Source: Planctomycetota bacterium (GTDB lineage: Bacteria > Planctomycetota > UBA1135 > UBA2386). Taken from it: a DNA stretch of 64,000 bases. The notes below the pieces were generated by a model, which saw only the letters and a list, made by a program, of their open reading frames with translations, was not told where the DNA came from and ran no database searches. Shown in pieces: positions 11,923 through 21,870 of this stretch (the stretch's first letter is position 1; each line of letters begins with the position of its first letter). Made by a program: the position numbers and the translations under genes. The stretch spans positions 6,272,001-6,336,000 of the forward strand of contig OZ245006.1 in NCBI GenBank assembly GCA_965223545.1. The letters run 5' to 3'.

Positions 11923-12083
11923 CTCCGATTTTGCCGGGGTCGGGCCGGCGTCGCGAAGCGCCGATGTCGTGGGTTTCTCGAGCCACCCCTAGGGGGATGC
12001 GTCGAGTCACCGCGCGCGGCACCGGGTTCCCTTGGCCGGAGAAGGGAGCATGATGTGGGCTCCATCCCCCAAGAGGACTCCCC

Positions 12084-14741
12084 ATGCGCTTTGTCTCCCT
12101 CGTCATCGCGGGCGCGTTGGTCGCGTCGGCGCCGGCTCAGATCTTCGTCAGCCCCAGTGGCAGTGATGTCACCGGCACCGGCAGCCAGGCCAACCCGTAC
12201 CGCACGATTGGTTTCGCCGCGGGCCAGGCCAACCCCGGCGCGGTGATCAACCTGACCGCCGGCGAGTTCGGTGATGACGACCAAATCGTCCTGGGCGACC
12301 GCGACCTCACGCTGGTGGGCGCCGGCATCGGCGCGACGATCGTGCGGCCGCACGCCACGCTGACCCAGACCTTTCCCGCTGGCCAGCTGCCGGGGACGCC
12401 GACCGAGCACACGGTGGTGATCGCGGTCGATGGCGCTGCGCGCGTCGACTTGCGCGGCATGACGATCGACGGCGCGTTCCGCGTGCCCGCGTCGGGTCGG
12501 CTCTACGGTGTGCTGTATCGCGATGGGGCCAGCGGGACGGTGGACGGAGTCGAGATCGTGAACACGCGCGACGACCCGCTCTCCAATTCGCAGTCGCCGG
12601 CGGCGGCCGTGGTACGGGGTGACGGCGCCGGGCCGAGTCAGGTCCGCTTTCGGCAGTGTCGCATCGCCGATTTCGGCAAAGTCGGGATCGCCGCGTTCTT
12701 CAGCGCGCTGGTCGACGTCGAGTACTGCGAAGTGCGCGGCGCGGGCGCGGTCGCCGGTGGCGGACCGGCGCAGGTTGGCGTGCAGATCGGTTTTGGCGCG
12801 GTGGGGGCAGTCAACCACAACATCGTCTCCGACTGCAACGACCCGGCGACGCCGGGGTCGTCGAGTGGCGTGTTGCTGTTCAACGCGGGCGCGGGGTGCC
12901 GAGTCGAAGCCAACTCGGTGGCGCGCTGCGACGACGGCATCGCGGTCGCCCAGCAGCCGCCCGCCAGCGTGGCGGGGTTCGTGCGCAGCAACAACGCCAG
13001 CGCCGCCTTCGATCAGGCGTTGCGTGTCGAGGGCCAGTCGCCGTTGCTGATCACCGGCAACGTGGCCAGTCACGTCGAGTCGGTGCTGTCGCCGGTCTGG
13101 GACGACACCGCCGGGCTCAACACGTGGCAGCGCAACCGCTATTCCGACTTCTTGTCGGGGGAGACCTATCCGATTCCGGGCGGCGCCAACGTGGATCCGG
13201 CTCCCGTGCGCGGCTGCGCCGAGTTCGCCCCGAGCGTGCCCGTCAATCTCGGGTTCTTCGCCGAGGACGTGGTCATCGCCGACTTCGATGGGCTGAACCA
13301 GCTCGACTTCGCCGCCGTGCGTCGCGGCGCCTCGCCGATCCTCGCGGTGGCGCTGGAGAACGGTGCCGGGGGCTACACGGTGCAGAGCTTGCCGTTCTCG
13401 TCCGGCGCCGCGATGGCCATCGATGTGGTGGCCGGTCAGTTCGACGCCATGCCGGGCGACGACTTGGTCGTGCTGACGCGCAACGTCGATACGACCTTCA
13501 ACAGCGAGGAGCGCTTCTACCTGTTCGCCAACGACGGTAGCGGTACGTTCTCGCTCACCTACCAGCAGAAGCTGCCGCCGGCGATCTTCGCCACCAACGC
13601 CATCGCCAGTGGCGACCTGAACGGCGATGGGTTCGAGGATCTGGTCATCGGCTCGTCCGGCAACGGGCTCGGCTTGCCCGGCATCGGGCTCCTGATGTTC
13701 AACTCGGGTTCGCTGAGCAGCTGGGCACCTGGCGCGTTGCCGGGGATTTCGCAGCCGGTCACCGCGGTGGCGGTCGCCGACATCGATGGCGCGGCCGGTG
13801 TCGACATCGTTGTGCTCGAAGCCACGACTCCGCAGGGCGGCATGCGCTTCTACACCAACGACGGAAGCGGAAGCTTCGTCGAGGGCGCGGGCAGCCCGGT
13901 ATTGGTCGGCAACACGCCGACGGCGGTGACCACTCAGGACATCGACGGCGATGGCGATCGCGATGTCATCGCCACCGCGTGGGAGTCGGCGACAGGGGTG
14001 ACGCCGGGCTCGGTGTGGATCCTGACCAACGACTTGCCGACGGGCTTCGGTGCGCGGTCGGTGCCGACGGACCGGGGGCCGGTCGATGTCGTCGGCGGTG
14101 ACATCGCCTTCGATTCCGACCCCGACACCCTGCGCTTTGACAGCGTGGTGGCGAACCGCCTCGGCAACTCGCTGACGCTGGTGATGGAGCACGCCTCCGG
14201 CGGTCCGGCCGGTGGCCCTCTCTGCACGCGCGGTGCGGGACCGACGGGAGTCGCGGTGGGCGATCTGGATGGCGATGGCTTGCAGGATGCGCTGGTCAGT
14301 GCCGCGGGGCGGGTCTTCGTCTCGATCCTGTACGGCGTGCCGACGTCGCGCGAGGACGTGTACGGCTTCGGTTGCCCGGGCACGGCGGGGCGTTCTCCGA
14401 CGATTGGCGCGGGCGGCAACCCCGGCGTCGCGCTGGTCGGCAACTCCAACTTCACCATCGAGCTGGGGGATACGCCGCCGAGCGCCCCGGCTGCGTTCTT
14501 GCTGTCGGGCGCGCCGTCGCCGGCGCTCTTCCCTTGTGGCCTGCACATCGGCCCGATCTTGTTCTCGGTCGGCGTGCCGACCTCGCCGGCGGGTGAGTTC
14601 ACCTTGCCGCTCCCCGTCCCGAACAACCCGAACCTGGTCGGGGCGACGTTCTACAACCAGTGGGCCGTGGTCGACCCGGTGGGGCCGTTCCTCAACTTCC
14701 TGACGCTGACGCAAGGGCTCAAGGTCCGCGTCGGCGCCTGA
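12084..14741 (+). CDS. secreted protein: right-handed beta-helix + FG-GAP repeats + shared C-terminal domain
   Basis: Signal peptide ending APA-Q. FVSPSGSDVTGTGSQANPYRTI beta-helix cap. Repeats GDLNGDGFEDL, DIDGDGDRDV and GDLDGDGLQDA. GAGGA RBS. Confidence 0.85.
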   Translation: MRFVSLVIAGALVASAPAQIFVSPSGSDVTGTGSQANPYRTIGFAAGQANPGAVINLTAGEFGDDDQIVLGDRDLTLVGAGIGATIVRPHATLTQTFPAGQLPGTPTEHTVVIAVDGAARVDLRGMTIDGAFRVPASGRLYGVLYRDGASGTVDGVEIVNTRDDPLSNSQSPAAAVVRGDGAGPSQVRFRQCRIADFGKVGIAAFFSALVDVEYCEVRGAGAVAGGGPAQVGVQIGFGAVGAVNHNIVSDCNDPATPGSSSGVLLFNAGAGCRVEANSVARCDDGIAVAQQPPASVAGFVRSNNASAAFDQALRVEGQSPLLITGNVASHVESVLSPVWDDTAGLNTWQRNRYSDFLSGETYPIPGGANVDPAPVRGCAEFAPSVPVNLGFFAEDVVIADFDGLNQLDFAAVRRGASPILAVALENGAGGYTVQSLPFSSGAAMAIDVVAGQFDAMPGDDLVVLTRNVDTTFNSEERFYLFANDGSGTFSLTYQQKLPPAIFATNAIASGDLNGDGFEDLVIGSSGNGLGLPGIGLLMFNSGSLSSWAPGALPGISQPVTAVAVADIDGAAGVDIVVLEATTPQGGMRFYTNDGSGSFVEGAGSPVLVGNTPTAVTTQDIDGDGDRDVIATAWESATGVTPGSVWILTNDLPTGFGARSVPTDRGPVDVVGGDIAFDSDPDTLRFDSVVANRLGNSLTLVMEHASGGPAGGPLCTRGAGPTGVAVGDLDGDGLQDALVSAAGRVFVSILYGVPTSREDVYGFGCPGTAGRSPTIGAGGNPGVALVGNSNFTIELGDTPPSAPAAFLLSGAPSPALFPCGLHIGPILFSVGVPTSPAGEFTLPLPVPNNPNLVGATFYNQWAVVDPVGPFLNFLTLTQGLKVRVGA

Positions 14742-14765
14742 GCTCGGGCCCGGTCGAGACAAGCG

Positions 14766-15329
14766 GTGCGCTCGGGCCTCGCAGTCGGTCTGCTGTTGGC
14801 TGCGGGAGCGGTCGCGCTCGCACTGTGGGGCCCGGGCGGGGGGGCGGACGCGTCCGACCCCCCGGTGTCGGTCGGTGATGCTGCCTCGCCCCCCACGGAT
14901 GGCCCGCCGACGCTGGTCGGCGAGGCGATCGATCCAGCCGCCGGCGCGGCGGCCGCCGAAGCCGAGGCCGTGCCGCCGGCCGCTCGCCCGGCGGGAGCTC
15001 GGGCGTTGCAACCGTTCGGCGCCGAAGACGGAGCCGGTGAAGCCCCGCCGAAGGGTGATTGTCCGGTGCGCACCGCCGCCGGCTGGCTCGATCTTTCGCC
15101 GACGCTACGGCGCCTCGAGCGGGAGGGAGCGCAGGCCGCCGGCGAGCTCTTCGCGAACGCCGAAAAGCTGCTGCCGGTGCGGCCCGACGGCCACTACTCG
15201 CTGCATGCCGTCGATGGTGGCTCGGGCGAGGACCGCCTCGTCGTCGGTGCGCACGGTGAGGTGTTCTTCAGCGCGGATGCGGGCGAGTCCTTCAGCCGCG
15301 TCCACTGGCGGAGAGATGCCGGCCGGTGA
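14766..15329 (+). CDS. hypothetical membrane-anchored protein with one BNR/Asp-box
   Basis: N-terminal hydrophobic helix, Pro/Ala linker and FFSADAGESF. Confidence 0.65.
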   Translation: MRSGLAVGLLLAAGAVALALWGPGGGADASDPPVSVGDAASPPTDGPPTLVGEAIDPAAGAAAAEAEAVPPAARPAGARALQPFGAEDGAGEAPPKGDCPVRTAAGWLDLSPTLRRLEREGAQAAGELFANAEKLLPVRPDGHYSLHAVDGGSGEDRLVVGAHGEVFFSADAGESFSRVHWRRDAGR

Positions 15330-15350
15330 CGCGAGGAGCGGGGCTCGCTG

Positions 15351-18023
15351 ATGGCACCTGAGTGGATCGCGGCGTGCGTGGCGCTGGCGGTCGCGCTGGC
15401 TTTGACGCCGGTGATGGCCGTGGTGGCGCGGGGACTCGGCATCGTCGATTGGCCGGGTGATCGCAAGGTCCACCTGCGGGCAGTGCCCTACCTCGGTGGT
15501 GCCGCCGTGCTCGGTGCCATGTGCGTCGGCGTCGCGGTGACGGCGCCCGCTCCCGACCTGCTCGGCGATGGGCGGCTGGCCGCAGTGCTCGCCGGTGCCA
15601 TGGTGTTGTTCGTCGTCGGGTTGGTCGATGACGTGCGTGGGTTGGCACCGGCGACCAAGCTCTGCGCGCAGGTCGCGGTCGCTGTCGCCGTGTGGTGGGT
15701 CGGTCTACGGGTCGACCACTGGAGCGTGGTGGACGGCTTCACCCTGCAGCTCGGTTGGCTCAGCCTGCCGCTGACGGTGCTGTGGATGGTCGGCATCACC
15801 AACGCGATGAACCTGATCGATGGCATCGATGGCCTCGCCGCGACCATCGGCAGCATCGCGGCCGGGGCGATCGGTTTCATCGCCCTCTCGACCGGTCAGC
15901 CGGAGATCGGAATCGTCCTGCTCGCGCTGTGCGGCGCTCTGTTGGGTTTCCTGCCCTACAACATGCACCGCGCACGGATCTTCCTCGGCGACTCCGGCAG
16001 CTTGCTGCTCGGGTTCCTGCTGTCGACGGCGTCGGTCTACAGCACGGCGAAGTCGGCCACGTTCGTCGGCCTCGCCGTGCCGATGCTGTCGCTGGGGATC
16101 CCGATCCTCGACACCGTCTTTTCGATGGTGCGGCGGCTGATCGAACGGCGCTCGGTGTTCTCGCCGGACAAGAACCACATCCACCACCGACTGCTGGCGT
16201 TGGGCTTCGATCAGCCCCGCGTCGTCGCGTTGCTCGGCGCCGAGACCCTGGTTGCGACCGGTCTGGGCGTTTGGTCGATGCGCCTCGACAGCGGCGTGCG
16301 CCTGGCGGTGTTCGTCGGCGTGTTGGGGTTGCACGTATTGCTGTTCCGCAGCGTCGGAGCGGTGCGGTTGCGGGACTCGGTGCGCGTCTTGCGCGACGTC
16401 GCCGCCCGCGTGCGGCTGACGAAGGCCGAGCGCTATTGGCACGACAAGCTCGATCTGCAGTTCCGCGCGTGTGCAACGGTGGACGATTGGTGGCAGGCGG
16501 TGACCCGCGCGGCCGATAGCCTCGGGTGTGCGCGGGCGAGGCTCGCGCTCGAGCGCCGCAATGGCGAGCGCGACCTGCGCCGTTGGGTGCGCTCACCGCC
16601 GCTGTCTTGTGGCGTGTCGCGCTACGAGGCGGTGTTGCCGGTGCGCCACCGGCGCGGTGGAGACCCCGTGGCGTTGCAGGTCGACTTCGACGGCCGGCTG
16701 CCGCTCGAGCTGTCCGGCCGTCGCCTCGCCCTGCTCGGCCGGTTGCTGGACCGCCACGGCATTGCATCCCTGCCGGCCGACCCAGCGCGGGCGGATGCTG
16801 ATCACGCCGAACGCCCGGTTGCGGCCGCAGTGACGCCGCCGCGCAGCATTGCCATCGTCGGCAGCCGCGGCATCCCGGCGCGCTACGGCGGCTTCGAGAC
16901 CTTTGCAGAGCACCTGTCGCGCGACTTGACCCAGCGGGGACATCGCGTCGTCGTCACCTGCGAACGGACGCCCGGAGCAACAGCGGAGGATCTGCCGGCA
17001 CGCGCCGGCGCAGTCGAGTTGCGCCACGTGCTCGCGCCGCGACTCGGGCCGCTGTCGACGATCGTCCACGATGCGCTGTGCTTGTGGCGGCTGCGTCGGA
17101 CGACCGACGTGGTCTACCTGCTGGGCTACGGAGCCGCGTTCGCGGCGTGGCTACCGCGCTGGTGGGGCCGCGAGGTGTGGATCAACCCCGACGGGGTCGA
17201 GTGGGCGCGCGCCAAGTGGGGTGCGGTGGGCCGTCTGTGGTTTCGCTGGATGGAGTGGTGCGCGATGCGGGCCGCGCACGTCGTCGTCGCCGACGCGGGC
17301 GCGCTCGGGGCGCACCTGCGCGGCCGGCATCCCCGGGCGCGGGCGCGCATCGTGGAGATCGCCTACGGCGCGGAGCGCGGGACCGACACGAGCGCTGCCA
17401 CCGTCCGGGCGCACGGCCTGGTCGCCGATGGCTATCTGCTGATCGTCTGTCGCCCTGAGCCGGAGAACCACGTCGTCGAGCTCATCGAGGGCTACGCGAC
17501 CGCGGCGGTGTCGATGCCGTTGGTCGTGATCGGCGACACCGCGCGCGACACGCCCTACTGCCGGCGTGTGCGTGCCGCGGCGGAGGCCGCCGGGCCCGGC
17601 GTGCGCCTGCTCGGGCCCGAGTACGACCGGCGGCGGCTGACCGATCTCCGCGCCCATTGTCGCGCCTACCTGCACGGGCACTCCGTCGGGGGGACCAACC
17701 CCTCGTTGCTCGAGGCCCTCGCGGCCGGCAACGCGGTCGTCGCGCACGACAACGCGTTCAATCGCGAAGTCTTGGCCGGCGTGCCCAGCGCGTGGTTCGT
17801 CAACCGCGACGGCGTCGCAGCAGCCATCCACCGCATCGCTGCCGCGAGCGCCGCGGACCTGGCGGTACGCCGGCAGGCCGCGCGCCAACGGGTGGCGACC
17901 GCGTACGGCTGGACGCAGATCGGCGATCGCTATCACGCCCTGCTCGGTCACCGTGCCTTGCCCCAGTTGGTTCCTGCCGACCGCGGCGTGCAGCGGTCGC
18001 GGCGGCCGGCGGTCACCGGGTGA
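15351..18023 (+). CDS. WecA/MraY-type polyprenyl-phosphate sugar-1-P transferase fused to a DUF1972-type GT4 glycosyltransferase
   Basis: N part has RKVH, PYLGG, GLVDD, NAMNLIDGIDGL, IFLGDSGS and DKNHIHHRL. C part has IVGSRGIPARYGGFETF, NPDGVEW, EPENH and HGHSVGGTNPSLLEAL. No in-frame stop between the two. Confidence 0.88.
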   Translation: MAPEWIAACVALAVALALTPVMAVVARGLGIVDWPGDRKVHLRAVPYLGGAAVLGAMCVGVAVTAPAPDLLGDGRLAAVLAGAMVLFVVGLVDDVRGLAPATKLCAQVAVAVAVWWVGLRVDHWSVVDGFTLQLGWLSLPLTVLWMVGITNAMNLIDGIDGLAATIGSIAAGAIGFIALSTGQPEIGIVLLALCGALLGFLPYNMHRARIFLGDSGSLLLGFLLSTASVYSTAKSATFVGLAVPMLSLGIPILDTVFSMVRRLIERRSVFSPDKNHIHHRLLALGFDQPRVVALLGAETLVATGLGVWSMRLDSGVRLAVFVGVLGLHVLLFRSVGAVRLRDSVRVLRDVAARVRLTKAERYWHDKLDLQFRACATVDDWWQAVTRAADSLGCARARLALERRNGERDLRRWVRSPPLSCGVSRYEAVLPVRHRRGGDPVALQVDFDGRLPLELSGRRLALLGRLLDRHGIASLPADPARADADHAERPVAAAVTPPRSIAIVGSRGIPARYGGFETFAEHLSRDLTQRGHRVVVTCERTPGATAEDLPARAGAVELRHVLAPRLGPLSTIVHDALCLWRLRRTTDVVYLLGYGAAFAAWLPRWWGREVWINPDGVEWARAKWGAVGRLWFRWMEWCAMRAAHVVVADAGALGAHLRGRHPRARARIVEIAYGAERGTDTSAATVRAHGLVADGYLLIVCRPEPENHVVELIEGYATAAVSMPLVVIGDTARDTPYCRRVRAAAEAAGPGVRLLGPEYDRRRLTDLRAHCRAYLHGHSVGGTNPSLLEALAAGNAVVAHDNAFNREVLAGVPSAWFVNRDGVAAAIHRIAAASAADLAVRRQAARQRVATAYGWTQIGDRYHALLGHRALPQLVPADRGVQRSRRPAVTG

Positions 18024-19200
18024 GGCTTGCCCGGCGGCGCGCCACGGCGCGGCGGTAGATCTCCAGCAGGGCCTGGTGGTTGGCGGCGGGCATGAAGTGC
18101 TGCTCGAACCGCTGGCGGGCTCGACGCCCCATCCGGGTGGCGAGACCGGGGTCGTCGTGCAGTCGCTGCATCGCCGCGGCCAGCCCAGCGTGGTCTCCCG
18201 GTTCGACCAGGAGGCCGGTTTCACCGTCGACGATCAGATCGCCGAGGGCGCCGATCCGCGACGCGATGACCGGCCGCGCGGCGGCCATCGCCTCGAGTAC
18301 GACCATCGGCATCCCCTCGTACCAGACCGACGGGAACACCGCGAACGCGGCGTCGCGCATGCGGCGCGTGGCGGCGGCGTGGTCGAGCAAGCCGAGCCAT
18401 TCGACGTGTGCCAGCTCCACCGAAGCCAGCGCGCGCCGCACGCGCTCCGCGTCCGGGCCGGTGCCGGCGATCGAGAACGGTCGCCGAAAACGCCGCAGCG
18501 CGGCGACCAGGCAGTCGATGCCTTTCTCCGCGCCGATGCGGCCGACGAAGAGGCCCGGCCCAGTGCCGGCGCCGGGCGTTGGTGGGTCGGCCAAGAAGTT
18601 GGGCTTGACGTCGATGTGCGTGGCGGGGAGCCCCATCGCGCGCATCTTGGCCGCTGCGAAGTCGCTGAGCGCGATGTAGCTGTCGACGCAGTTCGACCAA
18701 GTGCCCAACCACCGGTGCATCAGCAGCATCGATGCGACTCCGGCGGTCTGCAGCGACGAGCCGTGGTAGCAGCCATGGCGGATCGCCGGCCAGAACCGCT
18801 GCCCGCTGCAGGCCTCGCAGATCGCGCCGTCGCGGTAGAGCAGCGCGCCCGGGCACACCAGGCGGAAGTGGTGCAGAGTGTGCACCACCGCGACGCCTGC
18901 GCGGTGGCAAGTGCGCAGCGCGGCCGGCGAGATCAGCGGAAAGGTGTTGTGGAAGTGCACGATCTCGGCGGCGGACTCGGCCAAGCAGCGCCGGAGCTCT
19001 CGCCGACTGCGCAGCGACCAGTGCGCGGTCAATGGGATCGCCAATCGTCGCAGTCTGCTGGACGCGTCGAGTTCGGCGTTGTCGCGGGTATAGGTGTGCA
19101 CCGCGTGTCCGTGCTGCTCGAGCAGAGCCCGCTCCTGTTCGAACACCGTGTTCTCGCCGCTCGGCGGGCGCAGGTAGTTGTGCACCAGCAGGATCCGCAT
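18013..19200 (-). CDS. GT4 glycosyltransferase
   Basis: MRILLVHNY, SGENTV, HFHNTFPLISP, FVGRIGAEKG and PSVWYEGMPMVVLEAMA. Confidence 0.92.
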   Translation of the reverse strand: MRILLVHNYLRPPSGENTVFEQERALLEQHGHAVHTYTRDNAELDASSRLRRLAIPLTAHWSLRSRRELRRCLAESAAEIVHFHNTFPLISPAALRTCHRAGVAVVHTLHHFRLVCPGALLYRDGAICEACSGQRFWPAIRHGCYHGSSLQTAGVASMLLMHRWLGTWSNCVDSYIALSDFAAAKMRAMGLPATHIDVKPNFLADPPTPGAGTGPGLFVGRIGAEKGIDCLVAALRRFRRPFSIAGTGPDAERVRRALASVELAHVEWLGLLDHAAATRRMRDAAFAVFPSVWYEGMPMVVLEAMAAARPVIASRIGALGDLIVDGETGLLVEPGDHAGLAAAMQRLHDDPGLATRMGRRARQRFEQHFMPAANHQALLEIYRRAVARRRASLTR

Positions 19201-19204
19201 GCCG

Positions 19205-20632
19205 TCACCCGGAATCTCTCGCGAAGGCGCGCGTGCGCCGCGCGCGCTGGGCGTAGGCGATGATCAGCACCAGCAGCAGAAAGCTGCTGTCGTGCATCAC
19301 CAGTGAAGTCGACGTCGTGCCGCGCACCAGCAGCAGCCCGTACAGCCCCGTCATCTGCAGATGCAGTCGGTGTGCTGCCGGTCCTGCGCGCCGCGCGGTG
19401 CCGGTGACGAGCAGTAGGCTCAGACCTCCGCCCAAGAGCGCGCCACACCAAAGCACCGCGCCCACGGCGCCCGTATTGACCAGGACGTCGAACACCGAGC
19501 CGTGCAGCCCGACCATCTCCGAATTGAGCAGTACATCGAAGCGCGCGCCGGATGCAAAACCGAAGCCGAACAGAGGTCGCTCTTGGTAGCGCTCGAGCGC
19601 GTGGCTCCACACCGTCGTGCGTCCGGTCAGCGTCGTCAGCATCTCGGTGTTGCGCCCGGCGGTGAGGTACTCGAGGAGCAGGTCGCCGATGCCGGCGCTG
19701 AACGCGACGACGGTGGTGAGCAGGATGACCAGAGTCAAGCGGCCGATGCGCCGGGTGCTCGCCAACCACCACAGCGCGATCGCGGCAAATCCGGCCAGCG
19801 AGGTGCGCGATTGCGCGAACACCATCGTCGCGACCCCGAGCGCGGCGACGTTGCGGTAAAGCAAACGCCGCGTCGCGGTATCGGCCTCGATCGCGCGGCA
19901 TGTGCCGATGAAGCCGAGGACCGCGCCGAAAAAGCCGACCGAGTTGGGATTGATGACCGGCAGGACGCCGTTCAGTTGAACCCCGAGCAGTCCCTTGGCC
20001 GGCGGCAGTGCCAGCTCCGGGCTCCACGCGGCGCCGAGCCACACCGAGCAGGCCAGCGCTCCGTACAGCACGAGCACAACGTCGAGCGTCGCGCGGGCTT
20101 GCACCGTCGACCGCGTTCGCGACAGGGCGATGCCGCCGAACACTACGACGACCAGCGTCTCGGTTGCCTTGTACGCCGTGTACAGCGGCTGCGAGGACCA
20201 GAGGGTCGAGCAGATGCCGAAGCTCGCGTACGCCGCGAGTAGCCCCACCGGGCCCGTGCAGGTGAACTCGACGCCCCGCCGCGACGCGGTGAACAGGGCG
20301 AGCAGACCGGCCAAGCCGACCTGCGCGATGCGCAGGAGAGACGCCGGATCGAGCGGGTTGGCGACCAGCGCACTCGAGCTGCGCGCGCGCCACAACAGCA
20401 CGCTGCAGAACAACAGGATCCAGCCGAGCTTGAGCAACGGGTCGTGGCGCAGCGCGGCCCGCGTCGCCGACCAAAGGCGCTGCGCACAGCCCCAATGGAC
20501 GGCTCCGTAGCCAGCGGCAGCCGCTGCGATCACCGCTCCCGGTGCGCCGCCGGCGGCCAGCATCAGCGCCGCCGTCAGCGCGATTGCCGCCGCGGCCACG
20601 TGGTGGACGATGAGGGGGGCGCGGATCAGCAT
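19205..20632 (-). CDS. Wzy/O-antigen ligase-family polymerase
   Basis: Multi-TM protein with NPN, SRTS, TLTGRTTVW, PLFGFG and LHGSVFDVLVNTG, inside the polysaccharide operon. Confidence 0.8.
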   Translation of the reverse strand: MLIRAPLIVHHVAAAAIALTAALMLAAGGAPGAVIAAAAAGYGAVHWGCAQRLWSATRAALRHDPLLKLGWILLFCSVLLWRARSSSALVANPLDPASLLRIAQVGLAGLLALFTASRRGVEFTCTGPVGLLAAYASFGICSTLWSSQPLYTAYKATETLVVVVFGGIALSRTRSTVQARATLDVVLVLYGALACSVWLGAAWSPELALPPAKGLLGVQLNGVLPVINPNSVGFFGAVLGFIGTCRAIEADTATRRLLYRNVAALGVATMVFAQSRTSLAGFAAIALWWLASTRRIGRLTLVILLTTVVAFSAGIGDLLLEYLTAGRNTEMLTTLTGRTTVWSHALERYQERPLFGFGFASGARFDVLLNSEMVGLHGSVFDVLVNTGAVGAVLWCGALLGGGLSLLLVTGTARRAGPAAHRLHLQMTGLYGLLLVRGTTSTSLVMHDSSFLLLVLIIAYAQRARRTRAFARDSG

Positions 20633-21870
20633 CCGGTTTGCTCCGCCGGGCACAGTCGTTCGTAGAGCGCGAGCATGCGCTCGCCGCGGACCTGCCAGGT
20701 CCAGTCGCGGTGCAGGCGTGCCTGCGCGCCTGTGCCGAGTGCACGCGCGCGGCTGGGGGCGTCCAGGAGTGCGCCGACTCCATCGGCGAGCCCGCGCACC
20801 ACGGTGTCCCTGTCGCCGATGGGCACGGCGATGCCGCAGCTCGCGTCGGCGATCTCGGCCGGACCGGCGTGGTCGAGGTAGACGCTGGGCAAGCCACACG
20901 CCATTGCTTCGAACATCACCCAGGCGCCGGCGTCCTTCAGGCTCGGTTGCAGGAACACGCTGGCGCGGCGGAAGCGCTGCAGCAACGCCGCGCGCGGTAG
21001 CGCGCCGGTGAAGAGCACCCCGCTCTCCAGATCCGGCGCTCGACACCGCCGGCGAAGCGCGTCGCCGCACGGCCCGTCGCCGATGATCTCGAGCCGTGCG
21101 TCGGGGTGCTGCGCACGTACGCGCGCGAACGCATCGAGGCCGAGGTGCATCCCCTTCCAGTGCAGCAGCCGCCCTGCCATCACGACCAACTTGGGCTCGC
21201 GTCCCGCCCCGTCGCCGTCCGCGCCGGTCGCCAGCAAGGCTTCGTCCACGGCGGTTTCCAGCAGTGGCTCGACGACGGGGCGGTAGCGCTTGGCAAGTGC
21301 GGCCTCGGTGAGTGGCGTCCGCGCGAGAATCAGCCGGGCGCGGCCGGCGGTGCGGCGGAAGCTTGGGCTGAAGTCGAGCGTCCAGCCGAGCACTAGGTCG
21401 CGCAGCCGCTCTTGGGCACGGCCGCGCAGCGGCAGGTCCGCGCGCAGGCTCGGCGGCACGCGCTCGGCGCCGCCGAGCGGTCCCCAGATGAAGGGCACCG
21501 GCAGCCGGGCCACCGACGCCGGCAGCCAGAGGTTGCCGAAGGTCAGAGCATGCGCCACATCGAACGGCCGGGCGGCGTGCAGGCGCCGGGCCGCGCGCAG
21601 CGCGGCGCGCTGCCAGAGCCAGTAGTAGAGGTAGATGCCGCGTTGGCCGCGCTTCCACCAGCGCGCCCACGCGGGCAGGTCGACGAACTCGAACCGGGGG
21701 TGCGGACCGGGCTGGGCGCGCACGGCACTCTCGATCGCGGCGCGGTTGTTGGTGCGGGTCAGGACGGTGACGTCGTGACGCCGCGCCAGCTGCCGCGACC
21801 AGTGCCAGCCGACGCCGGGTTCGGAGCCGCGGTCGGGCTCGCACGCGTACGCCGAGACCAAGACCCTCAT
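20626..21870 (-). CDS. GT4 glycosyltransferase
   Basis: MRVLVSAYACEPDRGSEPGVGW, WGPLGG, GRLLHWKG and FEAMACGLP. Confidence 0.92.
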   Translation of the reverse strand: MRVLVSAYACEPDRGSEPGVGWHWSRQLARRHDVTVLTRTNNRAAIESAVRAQPGPHPRFEFVDLPAWARWWKRGQRGIYLYYWLWQRAALRAARRLHAARPFDVAHALTFGNLWLPASVARLPVPFIWGPLGGAERVPPSLRADLPLRGRAQERLRDLVLGWTLDFSPSFRRTAGRARLILARTPLTEAALAKRYRPVVEPLLETAVDEALLATGADGDGAGREPKLVVMAGRLLHWKGMHLGLDAFARVRAQHPDARLEIIGDGPCGDALRRRCRAPDLESGVLFTGALPRAALLQRFRRASVFLQPSLKDAGAWVMFEAMACGLPSVYLDHAGPAEIADASCGIAVPIGDRDTVVRGLADGVGALLDAPSRARALGTGAQARLHRDWTWQVRGERMLALYERLCPAEQTGC

